A DNA stretch of 64,000 bases from Fistulifera solaris (lineage: Eukaryota): NCBI GenBank assembly GCA_030295235.1, contig AP026130.1, positions 620,001 to 684,000 on the forward strand, in the 5' to 3' direction. Below, one piece after another: positions 35,029-48,387 of this stretch. The position numbers were made by a program, and so were the translations under genes. Position 1 is the stretch's first letter, and every line of letters starts with the position of its first letter. The notes beneath the pieces are model-generated. The model was not told the origin of the DNA. It did no database searches and saw only the letters and a list, made by a program, of their open reading frames with translations.

Positions 35029-36675
35029 TCAGTAAAGGCGCTTCTGGTAACTATGGAGACTATGAACTCCTCCTTCAGACTGAGCCGCGGGGGATCGGAT
35101 TTCAAATCTCAATTTATCGGCATACAACTTCTCTTGAGCCTCCGCAACGCTGGCGCATCCTGCATCTTGTAGACCATGGCGGAGACCCTGCATTAGGTAA
35201 GGAATGTAACGACGAAGAGTACCCTTGTCTTGAACAGCCCCACTGACGCCCTGAGCAACTTTAATGGCGGTCGTTGTGTTCTCCCAAACATATCGTTTCT
35301 CAGACCCTTTCTCCATGGCTTCAAGACTACCCATACCACGGTATCGCTTCAGGCGAACACCGTCTTGGTAAAAATACTCGCCAGGAGACTCGTCTGTCCC
35401 AGCCAACATACCACCCATCATCACACATCCTGCTCCCAAACAAAGAGCTTTAGCAATATGACCTGTCGACTTGATACCACCGTCAGCAACAATCGGGATT
35501 CCGTGGCGTTTGGCAAACTTTGCCACGTGGTAAACAGCACTCGCTTGAGCACGCCCAACAGCACAAACTTCTTGCGTAGTACAGATACTTCCGATTCCCA
35601 TACCTACACGGAGACCATCTACTCCAGCTTCAATCAAATGTAAAGCCTGTGAAGGTGTGACAACATTACCACCAATCACGTCAACTTTCGGGAATTCGGC
35701 TTTCAAATAGCGGATAATATCAAGTTGATACACAGAGTCCCCTTGACTCGAGTCAACCACAATAACATCGACACCGGCGTCTACCAACGCCTTGGCGCGA
35801 TCGCGATCTTCGGGTCGCGTTCCAATCGAGGCACCTACTAAGAGCTGTTTGTTCACATTGTCTTTGGAGGCCAAAGGGTAGTCGATGTTTTTCTGCAGAT
35901 CCGTGCGCGCAATCAAGGCAACGAGTTCATCCTTCTCATTGACGACAGGCAGCTTTCCTTTCTTGGATTTTTTCAAAATATCATTTGCTTCGATGAGAGA
36001 AACACCTTCTTTGGCGGAAACCAACTTATCACGGGGCGTCATAAAGTCGCTGACAGGAACGTTGGGGTCTTCGATGAACGACGTGTCTCGATTCGAAATG
36101 ATTCCCAACAACTTTCCTCCGAGTCTTCCACATTCCGTAACAGGAAAGGACGAGAATCCCAACTTATCCTTCGTTCGCCAGACTTGTTCCAGCGTCATAT
36201 CGGGTGATAGACAAACGGGGTCGGTGATGAAACCATTCTTAAACTTTTTCACTTTAAGTACTTCGGCTGCTTGGTCTTCAATACTCATGTTCGAATGAAT
36301 AATCCCGATCCCTCCCTGCAACGCCATCATGATTGCCATCTTATGTTCTGTGACAGTGTCCATCGGACTGGAAACGAATGGGGCTTGGAGACGAATATTC
36401 TTGGTCAGCTGAGAAGAAATGTCAATTTCGTTGAGACCGAACCCAATATGACCAGGCATCAAAATCAAGTCATCATACGTGTAAGCAATACAGGATGTGT
36501 TGCGAACAAATATCTGAGAAGGAGTGAAGCTGAATAGGGAAAAGATTTGTGAGATGTCGGATGACCAGGCCATTTTTTTGGTAGAACAAAAATCGTACCC
36601 TTCGGCACCCGAGTTGAGAGTCTCCTCATCGATCTCGGAAAGCTTTTGTCGTTTGTTTCCATTTTCTCCGCTCAT
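35029..36675 (-). CDS. IMPDH: Inosine-5'-monophosphate dehydrogenase with CBS pair; probable in-frame intron 36530-36598
   Basis: [30 protein letters not shown], catalytic [24 protein letters not shown] and AQGVSG. Confidence 0.97.
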   Translation of the reverse strand: MSGENGNKRQKLSEIDEETLNSGAEGYDFCSTKKMAWSSDISQIFSLFSFTPSQIFVRNTSCIAYTYDDLILMPGHIGFGLNEIDISSQLTKNIRLQAPFVSSPMDTVTEHKMAIMMALQGGIGIIHSNMSIEDQAAEVLKVKKFKNGFITDPVCLSPDMTLEQVWRTKDKLGFSSFPVTECGRLGGKLLGIISNRDTSFIEDPNVPVSDFMTPRDKLVSAKEGVSLIEANDILKKSKKGKLPVVNEKDELVALIARTDLQKNIDYPLASKDNVNKQLLVGASIGTRPEDRDRAKALVDAGVDVIVVDSSQGDSVYQLDIIRYLKAEFPKVDVIGGNVVTPSQALHLIEAGVDGLRVGMGIGSICTTQEVCAVGRAQASAVYHVAKFAKRHGIPIVADGGIKSTGHIAKALCLGAGCVMMGGMLAGTDESPGEYFYQDGVRLKRYRGMGSLEAMEKGSEKRYVWENTTTAIKVAQGVSGAVQDKGTLRRYIPYLMQGLRHGLQDAGCASVAEAQEKLYADKLRFEIRSPAAQSEGGVHSLHSYQKRLY

Positions 36676-37093
36676 TTTTTTTCTTATTTCTAGAAAGCCT
36701 TGACTGCGTTAAAAGTGAATGGTGTGGATTATTATGTGTTTGATTCTTCGTCGGCAGAACATGAATTGTCGTGCCAAAAAGCTTATTGGTTGGAAGAGGC
36801 CGAACGGAAAAGAAAAAGGTGCGCCGATGACTGAACATTTTGGTTGGATGTCAGACGTCGGGGGTGATCGTACAGAGGACAGACACGCGTGACTGATGTT
36901 AGTTATCAACACGGGACTCGGACACTCGGACAGACGCCGGTGAAATATTCCAACGACTTCCGACAAAAAATCAACGGTCGAATCGATCAAAACACAAAAG
37001 CAACTTGATGTTTCTGCAAAGCAGATCCTTATATCATTTGCGAGTCAATTCTTTCCTTCCATAGTGTAGCTTTGCACCTTTATATCACGAAGG

Positions 37094-38691
37094 ATGTTAG
37101 CTTTAATTTTCGCTCCGGTCAAGGAGCTTTTGCCGGATTGGCCCGAATGGTAATGAACAATGACGAGAGTTCGCAAGTCAAAAGGTTGTTTTTCTGACTT
37201 CTCCCATTCATATTGTATCCCTCAGGTCACTGGATATTTTAATCACAATGGCGTTCTTGCTGCTTGTGTGTGGAGGTCTTACCCAGGCGTTCGCACAGGA
37301 GGAAAATGATTCGTCTCTGAATCAATCGAAACATGACGATGCCGCGAAACTCCCTAAGTTTTATCAGTTCCGAAGGAAATATATTTCCGTATATTTGGTG
37401 ATTATGCTTGCCGACTGGATGCAAGGGACGCACATGTAAGCAACTTCTTACAGTAGTTCTTGATTTCGTGGACACCCGAGAATTCTGACACATTCCTTAG
37501 GTACACGCTGTATCTTTCGTATGGAGTCAATATTTCGGCACTCTTTTTGACGGGCTTTCTTTCCGGAGCCATCTTTGCACCATTCCTCGGATCCTTGGTG
37601 GATAAGTTTGGGCGGAAGCGCAGTTGCATTGTGTACTGTCTTTTGGAAATCGTCATCAATATTCTCGAACATTACGACAGTTTCACCATTCTCATTGTCG
37701 GACGTGTTTTGGGCGGTATTTCCACCAACTTGTTGTTTTCGGCCTTTGAAAGTTGGATGACCACGGAACATCGGAAAAGGGATTTCCGGAGGAATGGCTT
37801 TCCAAGACGTATTCGGTTTGTTCCATTGGCAATGGTACTATGGCGGTGTTCGCGGGAATCGTCGCACAAGTTTTGGAGGACTACCTTGGTCAGATTGGAC
37901 CGTTCCAAGGTGCCGTAGGCTTGACGTCTCTTGCGTTACTCCTTGTGCTTGGGTGGGAAGAGAATTATGGAGAGGAACATGCTGGGGATCATACTTCATC
38001 CTCCGTTTCGCATCAGTTCTACGAGGGGTGGAAAACAACCTTCTCTGACTCGAGGATTATGCGTATCGGATTGACGCAAGCTCTTAGTGAAGGAGCTATG
38101 TACACGTGGGTTTTTACGTGGGTCCCTTCACTGCTTTCCTTGAACCCTCCTGGAGGAGTTCCGACAGGGTGTGTATTCTCCTCACTCATGATTGCGGTCA
38201 CGATTGGAGGAATTCTGTATCAGCCGATCCAAAATTTTGTGAAGAACAGATTGTCGCCGCTCAGGTCTGTGTCTGCTGAGATGTTTGCATCGCTAATATA
38301 CCTGCTGGCGGCAGCTGCCACGGCGGTTCCGGTAATGTGCCTGGGAAGCGAAGGCAAACCGAGTGTACTTGCGTCGGCTCATCCAGCAATGTGCTTGAAC
38401 ATTATCATGGCGAGTTTCTTAGTCTTTGAACTATGCGTTGGCATGTTTATGCCGGTCGCGGGTACCCTGCGATCCAAGTACGTCCCCGATGCGCTACAGG
38501 GTGGAATTTTGAACATCTTCCGATTACCTCTAAATGCAATTGTAGTGTCGGGAACCTACGCTACAGATTATCTGGAAGCGGCATTGGTATATAAGCTTAT
38601 CAGCGCTTGTTTGCTATTAAGTGCTTTTCTGCAGGCAACAATGATGATTCACACAAAGGATGAGTCCTCAGCGAAAAAGAAGACTCAATAA
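37094..38691 (+). CDS. MFSD5: MFS molybdate-anion transporter (MFSD5/MOT2 family); introns 37150-37225 and 37436-37500; frameshift at ~37775-37778
   Basis: YLVIMLADWMQGTHM|YTLY, DKFGRKR, GRVLGGISTNLLFSAFESW, WEENYG, EGAMYTWVFTW, LRSKYVP and NIFRLPLN. Confidence 0.9.
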
Positions 38692-38746
38692 AATATTTGC
38701 GAAGTTACGAGGTTCATAGGATATCGGATACAAACAATTACAGTTA

Positions 38747-41700
38747 TTATTGACATTGCTCTTCATCTTCTGCTGTTAGCTTGAATTGCTTTTCTTCACG
38801 AAAGTCGGCTTGATGCCCTTTCTCTTCATCTTGATCTTCTTCGGTTAGCTCGCATGACTGCTCGTCACAAGATTCTGGACGATGCACTTCCGTTTCCTTT
38901 TGATCCTCTTCCATTATCTTGCATGACTGTTCGTCGCTAAAGTCTGGCTGATGCACTTTCTTTTCTCTAGCAGAACGTGCAAAAAGCCGACAATGCAGAA
39001 ATAATGATGAACGAAAAATGAACAGAAAAGGTGCAAGGGCCACCGAAGTCACGACTTGAACAGGCCAAACCAGAACTCGAATCAACGTTCGAAAACTCGC
39101 CAGGAGATACCGTCGCAAAAGAATGGCACAAATGACACCAAGAAGAACTCCGAGCAACTTCAAAAAGATTACAGACGTTTTCTCTGGATCAAGACACAAA
39201 GACTTCAAATGAATCCTAGAGCCTTGAACCAATCCGGGATCTGCATGCTTTTCGACGGTGTCCAGTAGCAAGGAAAGTCGAGGACAAATTTCAGCAAAGC
39301 GAATGACAACTTTCTCAACGAGAAAACCCACTGCCAAACGCATCTTGGTTTGTAGCACTTTCCATTCCCTGTCGATTTCCTTGAAAAGCGGAATGGCGAC
39401 GTCGTCGTAAGTAGCCCTTCCAGAGTCGAGTAGTTGATCAACATAATGCTTCAAATGCTCAGTATAAAGTTGAAAAATATGAGTGGCGACCCGACTGCAG
39501 GTATCCCTTCCGACATCGAGTGCTTCTTTAACATTGTGCTTCAAATGTGCATCATAGAATTGGTGAAGCTGTTCAACGAGGAGGGCCGCCATTCCTTGTA
39601 TACGACGCACCAAATCTAAAACGAAGGGAATCGCTGATCTCACGAATTCTTCGGCAGTGCCAAGCAGTACCTCAATATTCTTTGTAGCTTCCTTAACAGC
39701 AAACCCCGTATCTTCCCTAATATGCGTTATATTCACATATTGTCGTCGCTCATAGACTTCACGCCAGTATGCAGCGTCCTGTCAAAAAAGAAGTAAATTC
39801 GTCAGCCAGAAACAGCAAAATTTTTAACTCAACCCTCTTAGAGCACTCACTCTTGTTACTTGCGCTAGCTCCTGTTGAATCTCATGTAGTTGCTCGTCTA
39901 GCATGTCTGCTTCCTTTATCAGTTCAGCGTTATGAGTACGTAATCCGGTCAAAATTTCGTTCATTTGAACTTTATTGGCGAGTAATAGTTCCATTTCTTC
40001 CGTTGCGGTAGCAAAGGCTATCTCGGCCTTCTGTTGTTGCTGTGCTGCGTGTCGAAGATCTAGCGTCAAATTTCTGGCAAGGGCAATGTAGTCAGATTCT
40101 TGTTCGTCCAGCCTTCGCTGACAAGTCTCGTGTAATTCAATCGTTTTGCTGCGTAATTTCTCATCCGAATATTCATAGCAAATTTGAAGCGCTTCCTCAG
40201 TTTGTAGTAGGAGAGCTCTACTTTTGTCCTCTAAATCCTGAAACTTTCTTTTCCACTCAACGGTTCTTTGCTCAATGGCAGCTTGGAGATGGTGTTCATT
40301 ATACACTTGACTTTCATGACCAAAGAACGACCAGAACTTCTGGGACACAGAATACTCCACCACAGTTTTGATCTCGTATCCATCGCTTTTGTTCAGCATT
40401 GATGTACATGACTGTGAGAACTCATTGAGTTTTTCACGACAACTTTCTCGTTCCGCATTTATTTCCGCATCTTTTTCCTGCTCTATGTCCCTAATTGCAT
40501 TCTGGTATTTCCTTTCCATCTCGTCATGCTGCGTTACCGCAGCAGCTCTCATACTTTTAAACATTTCTTCTTTCTGTGACAGTTGAACTAGCATTTCAAT
40601 GGCTTCCCTTTGTTTCTGTTGGAAATTGGCATCCAGTATTACCATCTCTTCGCTCACTTTGGCGACAGCGCTATTGAGTCGCGTTATTTCAGACTGGGCG
40701 TACGTCATCTCTTCTGAGCACAATTGAAACTTTAGCAACGCCGAGTCTTTAGATTCCTCCAAGCTTTGCAGCTTGACTTCATTACTGTTCTCGACCCATG
40801 AAAGCTTTTGAATGCACGAGTCTTCCAAATCTCGAATTCGATCCGCTGTAGCGACCGTGTCTATTTCCAGCTGAAGAGTAAGCTGTTCTACCTGTTTATC
40901 TTTACGAAGTAACTCAGCTTTTACGAACTCCAGTTCAGCCGACAACGAATGCTGAACTTCAGCCGCTCTTTCGTCCACAATAGTTTGGAATTTCGACAAG
41001 CCTTGGGCTGCAACAGACAAACGATCAAGGTCGCGTCGACAATCAGATAGAAGCTGATCAGCTTTTTCTGCGGCCTTATCAAAGTCCGACATTGCGGAAG
41101 TTTGATGTGCAACCATCTCTTGTTCCAGCGATACCTTTATGCTCTCCACTTCGGTTTTGCAGTTTTGTTGGCTGGTCACGAGCAAACTGTTGCACAAATT
41201 TTCGGACTTGTTCAGTAAGTTGCGACAGCTGAGTAACTCACTGGCGCTGGCTTCTATTTTCTCCGTCGCTGATGCTTCGATGTCGGCGACTTTCACTTTA
41301 AATTGCTCTGCAGAATCGGCAAGTTGGCCCTGGCACTGGTCATATAGTTTAGAAAACATATTGGATGTTTCAGCGAACTGAGCCGATTCCAGTCGACAAT
41401 GATCCAAACTCTCCCGAAGCTCTGTATTGACAAGAGTAGTCGCCTCAAGAGTGCTGATTGTCTCTCTCAGCGTTTCCTGGGTTTCGTCGAAGGCTTCAGC
41501 TTTCTGGTATCTTGTTTGACAGTCCCTTTTCACCTGAATTAAACTGTGTTGCCATTCTGCGGCAGCTTCGAATGCAGCTTTCTCAACGAGCATTTCTGTC
41601 TCATCAATCTTTTCTCCTAGAGTGGTTTGTAGAAGAGCAAGATCCTCATTCTTTTCATTTAAAATCGCCTTGAGATCGTCGACCTCGGAAATCGCTTCTT

Positions 41701-43705
41701 GTAGAAGGCGTTTGTGCTGGTTGTCTGAATCAGCTTTTTCAAGTGTTATTGCTTTCAAAGAGGTGGAACAGCTCATCAACTGACTATCTTGGCTAGCGAG
41801 CTTAGCTTCCATGAACTTGTTCTGTTCCGTCACACGATATAATTCTTCATATGCATGACGGAGATCTTGCTGGGCAGCATCGATGGCAATCATGGTGGCG
41901 TTACTTGCAGCTGCGATTTGGCTATGACTTTTGTTTTCGCAATCTAGAACAGCTTTCTTGCATTTTTCAATTGATTCGGATGCCTGATCAAGCAAACGGG
42001 CATCGCATTCTTTCGAGATGATGCTTAGCCGCTGATTTAGCCCTGCAAGATGCTCTTCTTTCTGAGTGAGGAGATCTTGTGTTTCGGAGACGCGACGAGT
42101 CAGGTAGTCGATTTGTCTTTCTGCACTGCTTTTGAAGTCTTCGTGAGCACGAGCAAAGCTTTCGGTACCAGAAGACAAAAGTAAAATTTCGTTATGCCGT
42201 TCGTCTAATTGGGCCACAAGCCGATCATTCTCTGCTCGAAGCCTTGCGATTTCTGAACTCATAATTTTGATATCCCGGTTAAGGTTGTCAATTTCCTCTT
42301 TCTTAGTTGAGAGAATATTCTTGTCTTTCTGATTCCGAACCGATGATAATTGCTTCCACCACTTGTCTTCCGCTTCCAAAACCCGACTCTTGACTGCCGC
42401 CTGGTACTCCGTTGTTTTCGCTTCCAGCATCTTCCTTAACTTTCTCACATTCTGCTCCAGCTCTTTATTCCGCTCCATTAGTCCAGCGTGCTTACTCGAC
42501 GTTTCTGCCTCGAAGTCTTTTTGAAGTTTCGCTAAGCTGGATGCTGCGTCGGCGATCTGACCGACTTCTTTTTCGCGCTGATCAGCGAGATTTTGTAAAC
42601 TTTCCACTTGCTTACGCATCGCACCGAGGAGCTGATTGGCAAGCACCAGCTCATTTTGTGCGTTCTTCCGTCCGACCCACGCATTTTCCAGAGCTTTACT
42701 TTTGATCGCGTCCACCGTCATCGACTCTCCGAGGGTGTTGTTGAGTTCTTCTCGAAGAATATTATTGTCAGCATGAACTTGATGCAACTCGGTCATGATG
42801 GTGGATTGATGCTGCAAAAGTTTCGAATAATCCCTTCTCCATTTGTTAATTTCGTTCTCGAAACTCCTTCGAAGCTCCAACTTTTCAGCCTCCTTTTCCA
42901 GCCGGAGCGTGTCAGCGAGTCGTTGTACGACTTCAAGCTCATCGATCGTTTCCTGCAACACAATCGATGCATTTTCCAGAGCTTCGTCTTTCGCGCTATC
43001 TGTTATGAAGGCGTTTCCTCGGAGACTCTCCAATTCTTCCATCAAGGCGTGCTGCTTTTCCTTAAGTTCCGTGAGCTCCGATTCTGCGTTTTGTCGTCCA
43101 ATCCAAGCATTTTCTAGAGCCTTGTTCTTTGCTGCATCAACAACATTGTGAAGACTCTCCAGCTCTTGTTCCAGGTGGTGTACTTCTCGCAGGTTAGTTT
43201 GCATGTCTTCCATTTCCTGCCTGAGTTTAGCATTCTCCTGTTTGACTTGCTCCAACGACGCCGCTTTCACACTCTGCTCCTTCAATAAGCGACTGTATTT
43301 CGCACGCCATTCATCCGCCTCAACTTGGACTTGAACTTGGATTTCGGCCTGCGTACTTTGTTGTTGGTGCTGTAATTGCTGAAGAGCCGTCTCCAGATTG
43401 CGATTCGCTTCGTCGAGTAGTTTTTTTAGTACCTGCTCTCTTTCTTTCGCTTCTGCTTGAAATTTGCTGACATGTAACTCACAATTTTCGACCCCTATTA
43501 GTCGTCCTGCGTCCTTTGCCTTGGCGTGTTGATAAATTGTTTTGTGTTGGTCCATTAACGCGGATTGAACGTCGATAATGACACGTCGGCGAAACGAGTT
43601 GAGTTTTTGCAAAACATCACTTATGGGCTGATCGGCTTCGACAATGCTCACAATGTATAGCAGAATCATCAGCAGTATGCTGCTTTGATATCGTTTCCAC
43701 GACAT
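38747..43705 (-). CDS. Very large (~1630 aa) signal-peptide coiled-coil protein with C-terminal TM region; intron ~39779-39850
   Basis: Signal MSWKRYQSSILLMILLYIVSIVEA, then more than 1200 aa of E/Q/K/L heptad-rich sequence. A GTGAGT...CTGAC...GACAG intron joins QVTR|DAAYWREVY to the 38747-39736 ORF, which carries hydrophobic segments. Confidence 0.8.
38750..38955 (-). repeat. Three degenerate 69-bp (23-aa) coding tandem repeats
   Basis: HQPDFSDEQSCKIMEEDQKETEV / HRPESCDEQSCELTEEDQDEEKG / HQADFREEKQFKLTAEDEEQCQ. Confidence 0.75.
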
Positions 43706-44042
43706 GACGAAATAGGAAGGAGCAATGCGTTCGTCACGCAATCACGAAATAATGACCCACTCCCTGTCGCAGATTGATTCCTTAAATAGCACTGAACGCT
43801 AAGCTCTCTACAATGCTTCTTTAAAAGTACTCTTTATTCTGCTTTAGTCGGCAAAACTATGAGCTTGGATTACTTTTCATGCCCATTCTTGTTGAGCTTT
43901 TTTGGTCATGTCGCCGCGCTGCAAATAAGCGTTCGCACTTTTGTGTTGTGCACCCTCATTCATTGCAATTGCGCCGATCGGTTAAGGAGGAGGATACCTC
44001 TATTTTTACTATAGTCCAAAGTGTTGTATGTATCAACTTATC

Positions 44043-44065
44043 CACGACTGCATTTCAGTCATGAA
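44043..44065. promoter_or_regulatory. 23-bp quasi-palindromic motif (copy 2)
   Basis: CACGACTGCATTTCAGTCATGAA in the divergent intergenic region between the coiled-coil and MYND genes. Confidence 0.5.
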
Positions 44066-44263
44066 TCCAATTTTTCCGAGTGACAATGCTGCCTAGACTA
44101 CACACCTCGTTCCTTTAGCAAAATTTTCTTAAGCTCCATTTGTCGTTGTTGCAATGCGATAGTCCTTAGCAGCGTTTGCATTACACGCCTTGATATTTGT
44201 ACGTCATAAAGCCTACGAAACGTTGTCTTACTACGGACGGAAATAATGTTATCCGTATTTGGC

Positions 44264-44286
44264 CACGACTGCACTTCAGTCATGAA
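44264..44286. promoter_or_regulatory. 23-bp quasi-palindromic motif (copy 3)
   Basis: CACGACTGCACTTCAGTCATGAA, ~190 bp upstream of the MYND gene ATG. Confidence 0.5.
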
Positions 44287-44477
44287 GAACTTTCGGTCTG
44301 TAACCTTTAACCTTATACTGCATCCGCGGCGGAGAAAACAAGGGGACCCTTGCGAAAAAATCTTTCTGCAAATACGGAGATATACGATTAGCAAGGACAA
44401 TAAGAAGATGATAAGATCATCACAAGACCTCAAAAGAAGCACCGAGGTCTCTCTAAGAGGAAAGCAATATTTCAACA

Positions 44478-45677
44478 ATGCCAGCGTTCGATCTTTTTCA
44501 GCTGCTAGCGAGCTTAAGCCCAGAACAACGGGTGGTGGGTGAGCTTAACACGGAAATGCTCAACGATCAAATCGATGGTTCTTTGCTAGACGACAAGCCG
44601 ATGTACGAAGGAAAGAATCCCTTTTTGCAAAAAGAGCCTTGGTGCGCGAACTGTCACAGTCGACCCGATGCGGGCTTGTTGCTTTGTTCGCACTGTAGTA
44701 CGGCGTGGTACTGCAACAAGACTTGCCAGAAGATACATTTCAGAGCCCATCATAAAAGTATTTGCAAGGATATATCGAAGCATCAGCACTCTGTCAAACA
44801 AGAGGCGCAACGCTTACGTAAAACACCGTTCGGCACCGATCGTGCGCGGCAGAACGTGTTCGAAACGCAAGCTGGATACTTTAGTCAAGGCGAGCAAACC
44901 GACCACTACATGAGTGCTCGTGAATCGCTGACGCAGTCGTACTTTGATGCCGCCCTCGACGTTCACATTCAAAGCGTCTGGGAGAAAGCTCTGTTTGAAG
45001 CGCTGGCCACGTTCCGGTTGGATGTGGCGGCGGACGCGGAAGAGATTTGGTTTATCATCCCTTACATCCTTCTTTACTTGGACCGAGATGACGATGTGCT
45101 TGCCTTCATTCGGCATTTGACACAAGTAGATGCCGAACAAAACATGGAAGAGTTAGTGCGCCGTCATATTGAAAGTCACGAAGGCGAATGGATCTTTCCG
45201 AGCGAGAAGGATTGCCGTTTCCTGGACATTTTTGAACAAAGGTCGAATGCAAACGATTATAGTCTCCCTATCCATATTCTGGTTCCCCTCCTTCTTATCA
45301 AACTTCGCCTTGTTGCAACTTATGATTCGATTAAGAAAGCTATTGAGGTAGTTTTCGAAACTACTGGCGGGCAGCGCATACAGGTAGTCCGAGATAGAGT
45401 AACGGACATGCTCATGGAAAGAAGTTTACAGAATCTAAACATTGACGCTCAACGAGAACAAATTGATCATTTGATGGAAGTTATCGACATGGTGAATCCT
45501 GCTGTACTCCCGACGATGGTTGATCCAGATCCGCTTATGGATCGGTTTGAATCGCAAAGGGAAATGCCAGCTCATCTTTTGGAGGCACTGGAAAATATTC
45601 CACGCTGTAATCCCTGTTTCAACCGCATACCCGGAGCGCGGCGGGTACTCGCTAGGCACTTAGACCGAAAGAAGTAA
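44478..45677 (+). CDS. MYND zinc-finger protein
   Basis: CANC...CSHCSTAWYCNKTCQKIHFRAHHKSIC, followed by a helical domain (LYLDRDDD). Confidence 0.88.
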   Translation: MPAFDLFQLLASLSPEQRVVGELNTEMLNDQIDGSLLDDKPMYEGKNPFLQKEPWCANCHSRPDAGLLLCSHCSTAWYCNKTCQKIHFRAHHKSICKDISKHQHSVKQEAQRLRKTPFGTDRARQNVFETQAGYFSQGEQTDHYMSARESLTQSYFDAALDVHIQSVWEKALFEALATFRLDVAADAEEIWFIIPYILLYLDRDDDVLAFIRHLTQVDAEQNMEELVRRHIESHEGEWIFPSEKDCRFLDIFEQRSNANDYSLPIHILVPLLLIKLRLVATYDSIKKAIEVVFETTGGQRIQVVRDRVTDMLMERSLQNLNIDAQREQIDHLMEVIDMVNPAVLPTMVDPDPLMDRFESQREMPAHLLEALENIPRCNPCFNRIPGARRVLARHLDRKK

Positions 45678-45988
45678 TGAGGCCGAATGCATGAGCGTGA
45701 ATAGGATACATTCTAATGTTTCATGCTGACTTTCGCATCTTGATTGGCGACGTGGGTTGAAACGTAAACTTTAGCAACTAAGTCACTAACAGATGACGCC
45801 TTTGAACGTCATGTTTCTCTGAGTTCAACAGAAGATACTTTCCGATAAATTTATTCAGCTATGTTTCGGCCGCGAACCTGTTACTCATGTTATTCCCTTG
45901 GCATCTTGTCAAACCAGAGCAACTTGAACAATTAAGACTATCTAAAATAAAATATGGATTTACTCATCTACTTCATACACAATGGTTG

Positions 45989-47888
45989 TTATTTTCTCTG
46001 GCAACACTCACATGATACGACGACATCGAAATCAGCCCATTTCCCTTCACGCTGGATTCGAAGCGTTTCTTTCAATTCCTCAACTTCCTCTTTGCAACAG
46101 TGAGCCGATTTAGATGTTAAACACTTGATCAAGCCAACAAGTGCCCATGGGTTGTTTGGATGTAATTTAAGATCTTCACGATACAGCATTTCAGACTCGT
46201 CCAGTTGCCCCTGTTCCAAGAGCAAACCAGCAAGAGCATGGCGTATCGGTTGCATCTTACCCCAAGGCTCATCGTAGTTCAACTTGTCCTGCATAGCCAC
46301 AGCTTTTCGCAAAAGGTCGAAGGCGATCTCATGCTGACCTTCTCGGTACGCTATTTCACCGCGCAGCATGACAGAGTCTACAGCCAGCAGGTCTTTGACA
46401 GTGTTGTTGTACAAAATTCGAAATTCAGCGTCAGGATCCTTTCTCAACTCTTCGAAATGGTCTGCTTCTTCTTTCGCCTTCTCAACATTATGCAACGCAG
46501 CCAAAGCGAGGCCCCGTGCATAGCGAACGGACGCAGTTCTGTGAAGCATCAACTTCGAGTCTTTTGGAAGTTGCAACTGAAGGAGGTCCTCCCATCGACC
46601 AAACCGTGTCATAACGTGAATATCAAGGGCGGAATAAGTTTCCAGGTAGGAAGTTAGACTAGGATACTTTTCGAACATCGCTTCGTTCACCAAAGTATTC
46701 AGCTCTTTTGCAACTTCCATTCCTTTATCCTCCATTCCTCCAAGAATAGCTCCATAAACAGCCATGTGATAATTATGAACAACATAATTAAAGTAGAAGC
46801 TTTCCTTTCCGGCTGTAGAAGGACTGGCTTTCATTGCGAATTGGTCTGCTTTGATCGCCAGACAATTATATTCAATGCATGACTCGTAATCTCCCACCAA
46901 AACGTCAATGTGTGTAGGCATGTGCACGAGGTGTCCTGCAAAGGGACAAGCTACTCGAAGATAGTCACATGCTCCAAGAGCCGAAGCTGGATCGGGCGAC
47001 ATCTCCAAAAGGTGCACATACAAATGGCACAGTCCAACGTGCTGCGGGTGAACTTTTAGGGCCCGCTCGAGTATTTCACGGATCTCGATCGTATCCGGGC
47101 CGGTTGGCTCGCCTGAGGGATACTTGTAGAGATTCCATGCATTCAAGACCATCAAGGAATCAACAAGGAAGTAAGCAATTTCAGGGTCCTCTGGATACTT
47201 CTCGTACACTTTCCTCATCTCACGTGCGTACGCTCGTCCAACGATTTCATCGCTTTGATCAGGGTCAACACCAGGGACACACGTCAAAACGCGAATCGCT
47301 TCTAGCAATCGCACTTCTGGATCTGGAAACCAGATAGCCCTGCTTAATCTGTTCGCTGTCCTCCTTGTATTTGTCTTCATCAAGCTGTGACCCGTCTTCT
47401 TTCCCTTCGTTCTCCTCCTCGCCGCATTTCAGATCAGTTGCTTTCTTCAGCTCCTCAATTTTCTCAATGGCTAGTTTGCTATGACGATCTGCAACCTGTT
47501 GACTTGGAAAGATACACGACAAATCATGCTGATCAACGTCATCCGGATGATTCGTCGATTCGCAGTAAGCTTTGCCTTTGAAATTGTAATTTGGAGCGTG
47601 ACACAAGGCAACAAAACCATGTGCCAAAACACAGTAAGGGCTCAAAGCAAGGCAAGCCATAAATGCTTTGGCAGCCAATTCATGATGATAACTCAGCATC
47701 AACTTTAATCCGAAATCAAAGTATGCGCGAGCTTCGGGGTTCTGATCTAGATTCGAAACATTCATGCGTTGATAATTTCCCAAATCGAAAGCCTCCATTA
47801 CTTCTCGCTCGATAGGCGAGAAAGTATCACAACCATCCAGGTACTCTCGTTGTGATGTTTCAACACCCTGTTCAAACGACATGGCCAC
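45989..47888 (-). CDS. TPR-repeat protein of the His-motif-rich bacterial/fungal type; frameshift at ~47325
   Basis: HVGLCHLYVHLLEMS, AGHLVHMPTHID, RFGRWEDLL, YDEPWGKMQPIRHALAGLL and HPNNPWALVGL. Removing one C joins GYLVSDPEVRLL. Confidence 0.85.
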
Positions 47889-48387
47889 TTAGAATAAATG
47901 GGAACGTCGCAGAAAGATGCGTATCACAGAGGAGGTTTCGTACCTGGTAATGCCAAACAGGCAACTTGTGGACCTCATTACCATCCGCCAGCTTTGCAGC
48001 TTCTTCATCTTCAACCATGATGAGTCTTTGTATCTTAGTTTTCGGGTAGCTTCAAAGATCACACGCGTCTTTTACTTTTGCTCTCTCGTTCTCATTTTAA
48101 AAATGCAACATGCAAAGATCTTTTTTTGTTTTTTTCAAGGAACAATCGACATTCGCGGACGCGCACTTGTTGAATGATGCATAATCAGACGCGCATGTAC
48201 TATTAAAAGGAAAGTACGAGAGCCCGGAAAGACACAAAGACATGTGAATCAAAAAATCGTTCCCGGTTAGATTGTTGTTTCGCTATACTTTAGAGAGACA
48301 GGACCCACAATATTGTCACATAGACCGATATAAGTCCAAACCCAAAAAAGTCTAGTTGTGCTCTTTGCCCGTCCCGTAACGATGCGC

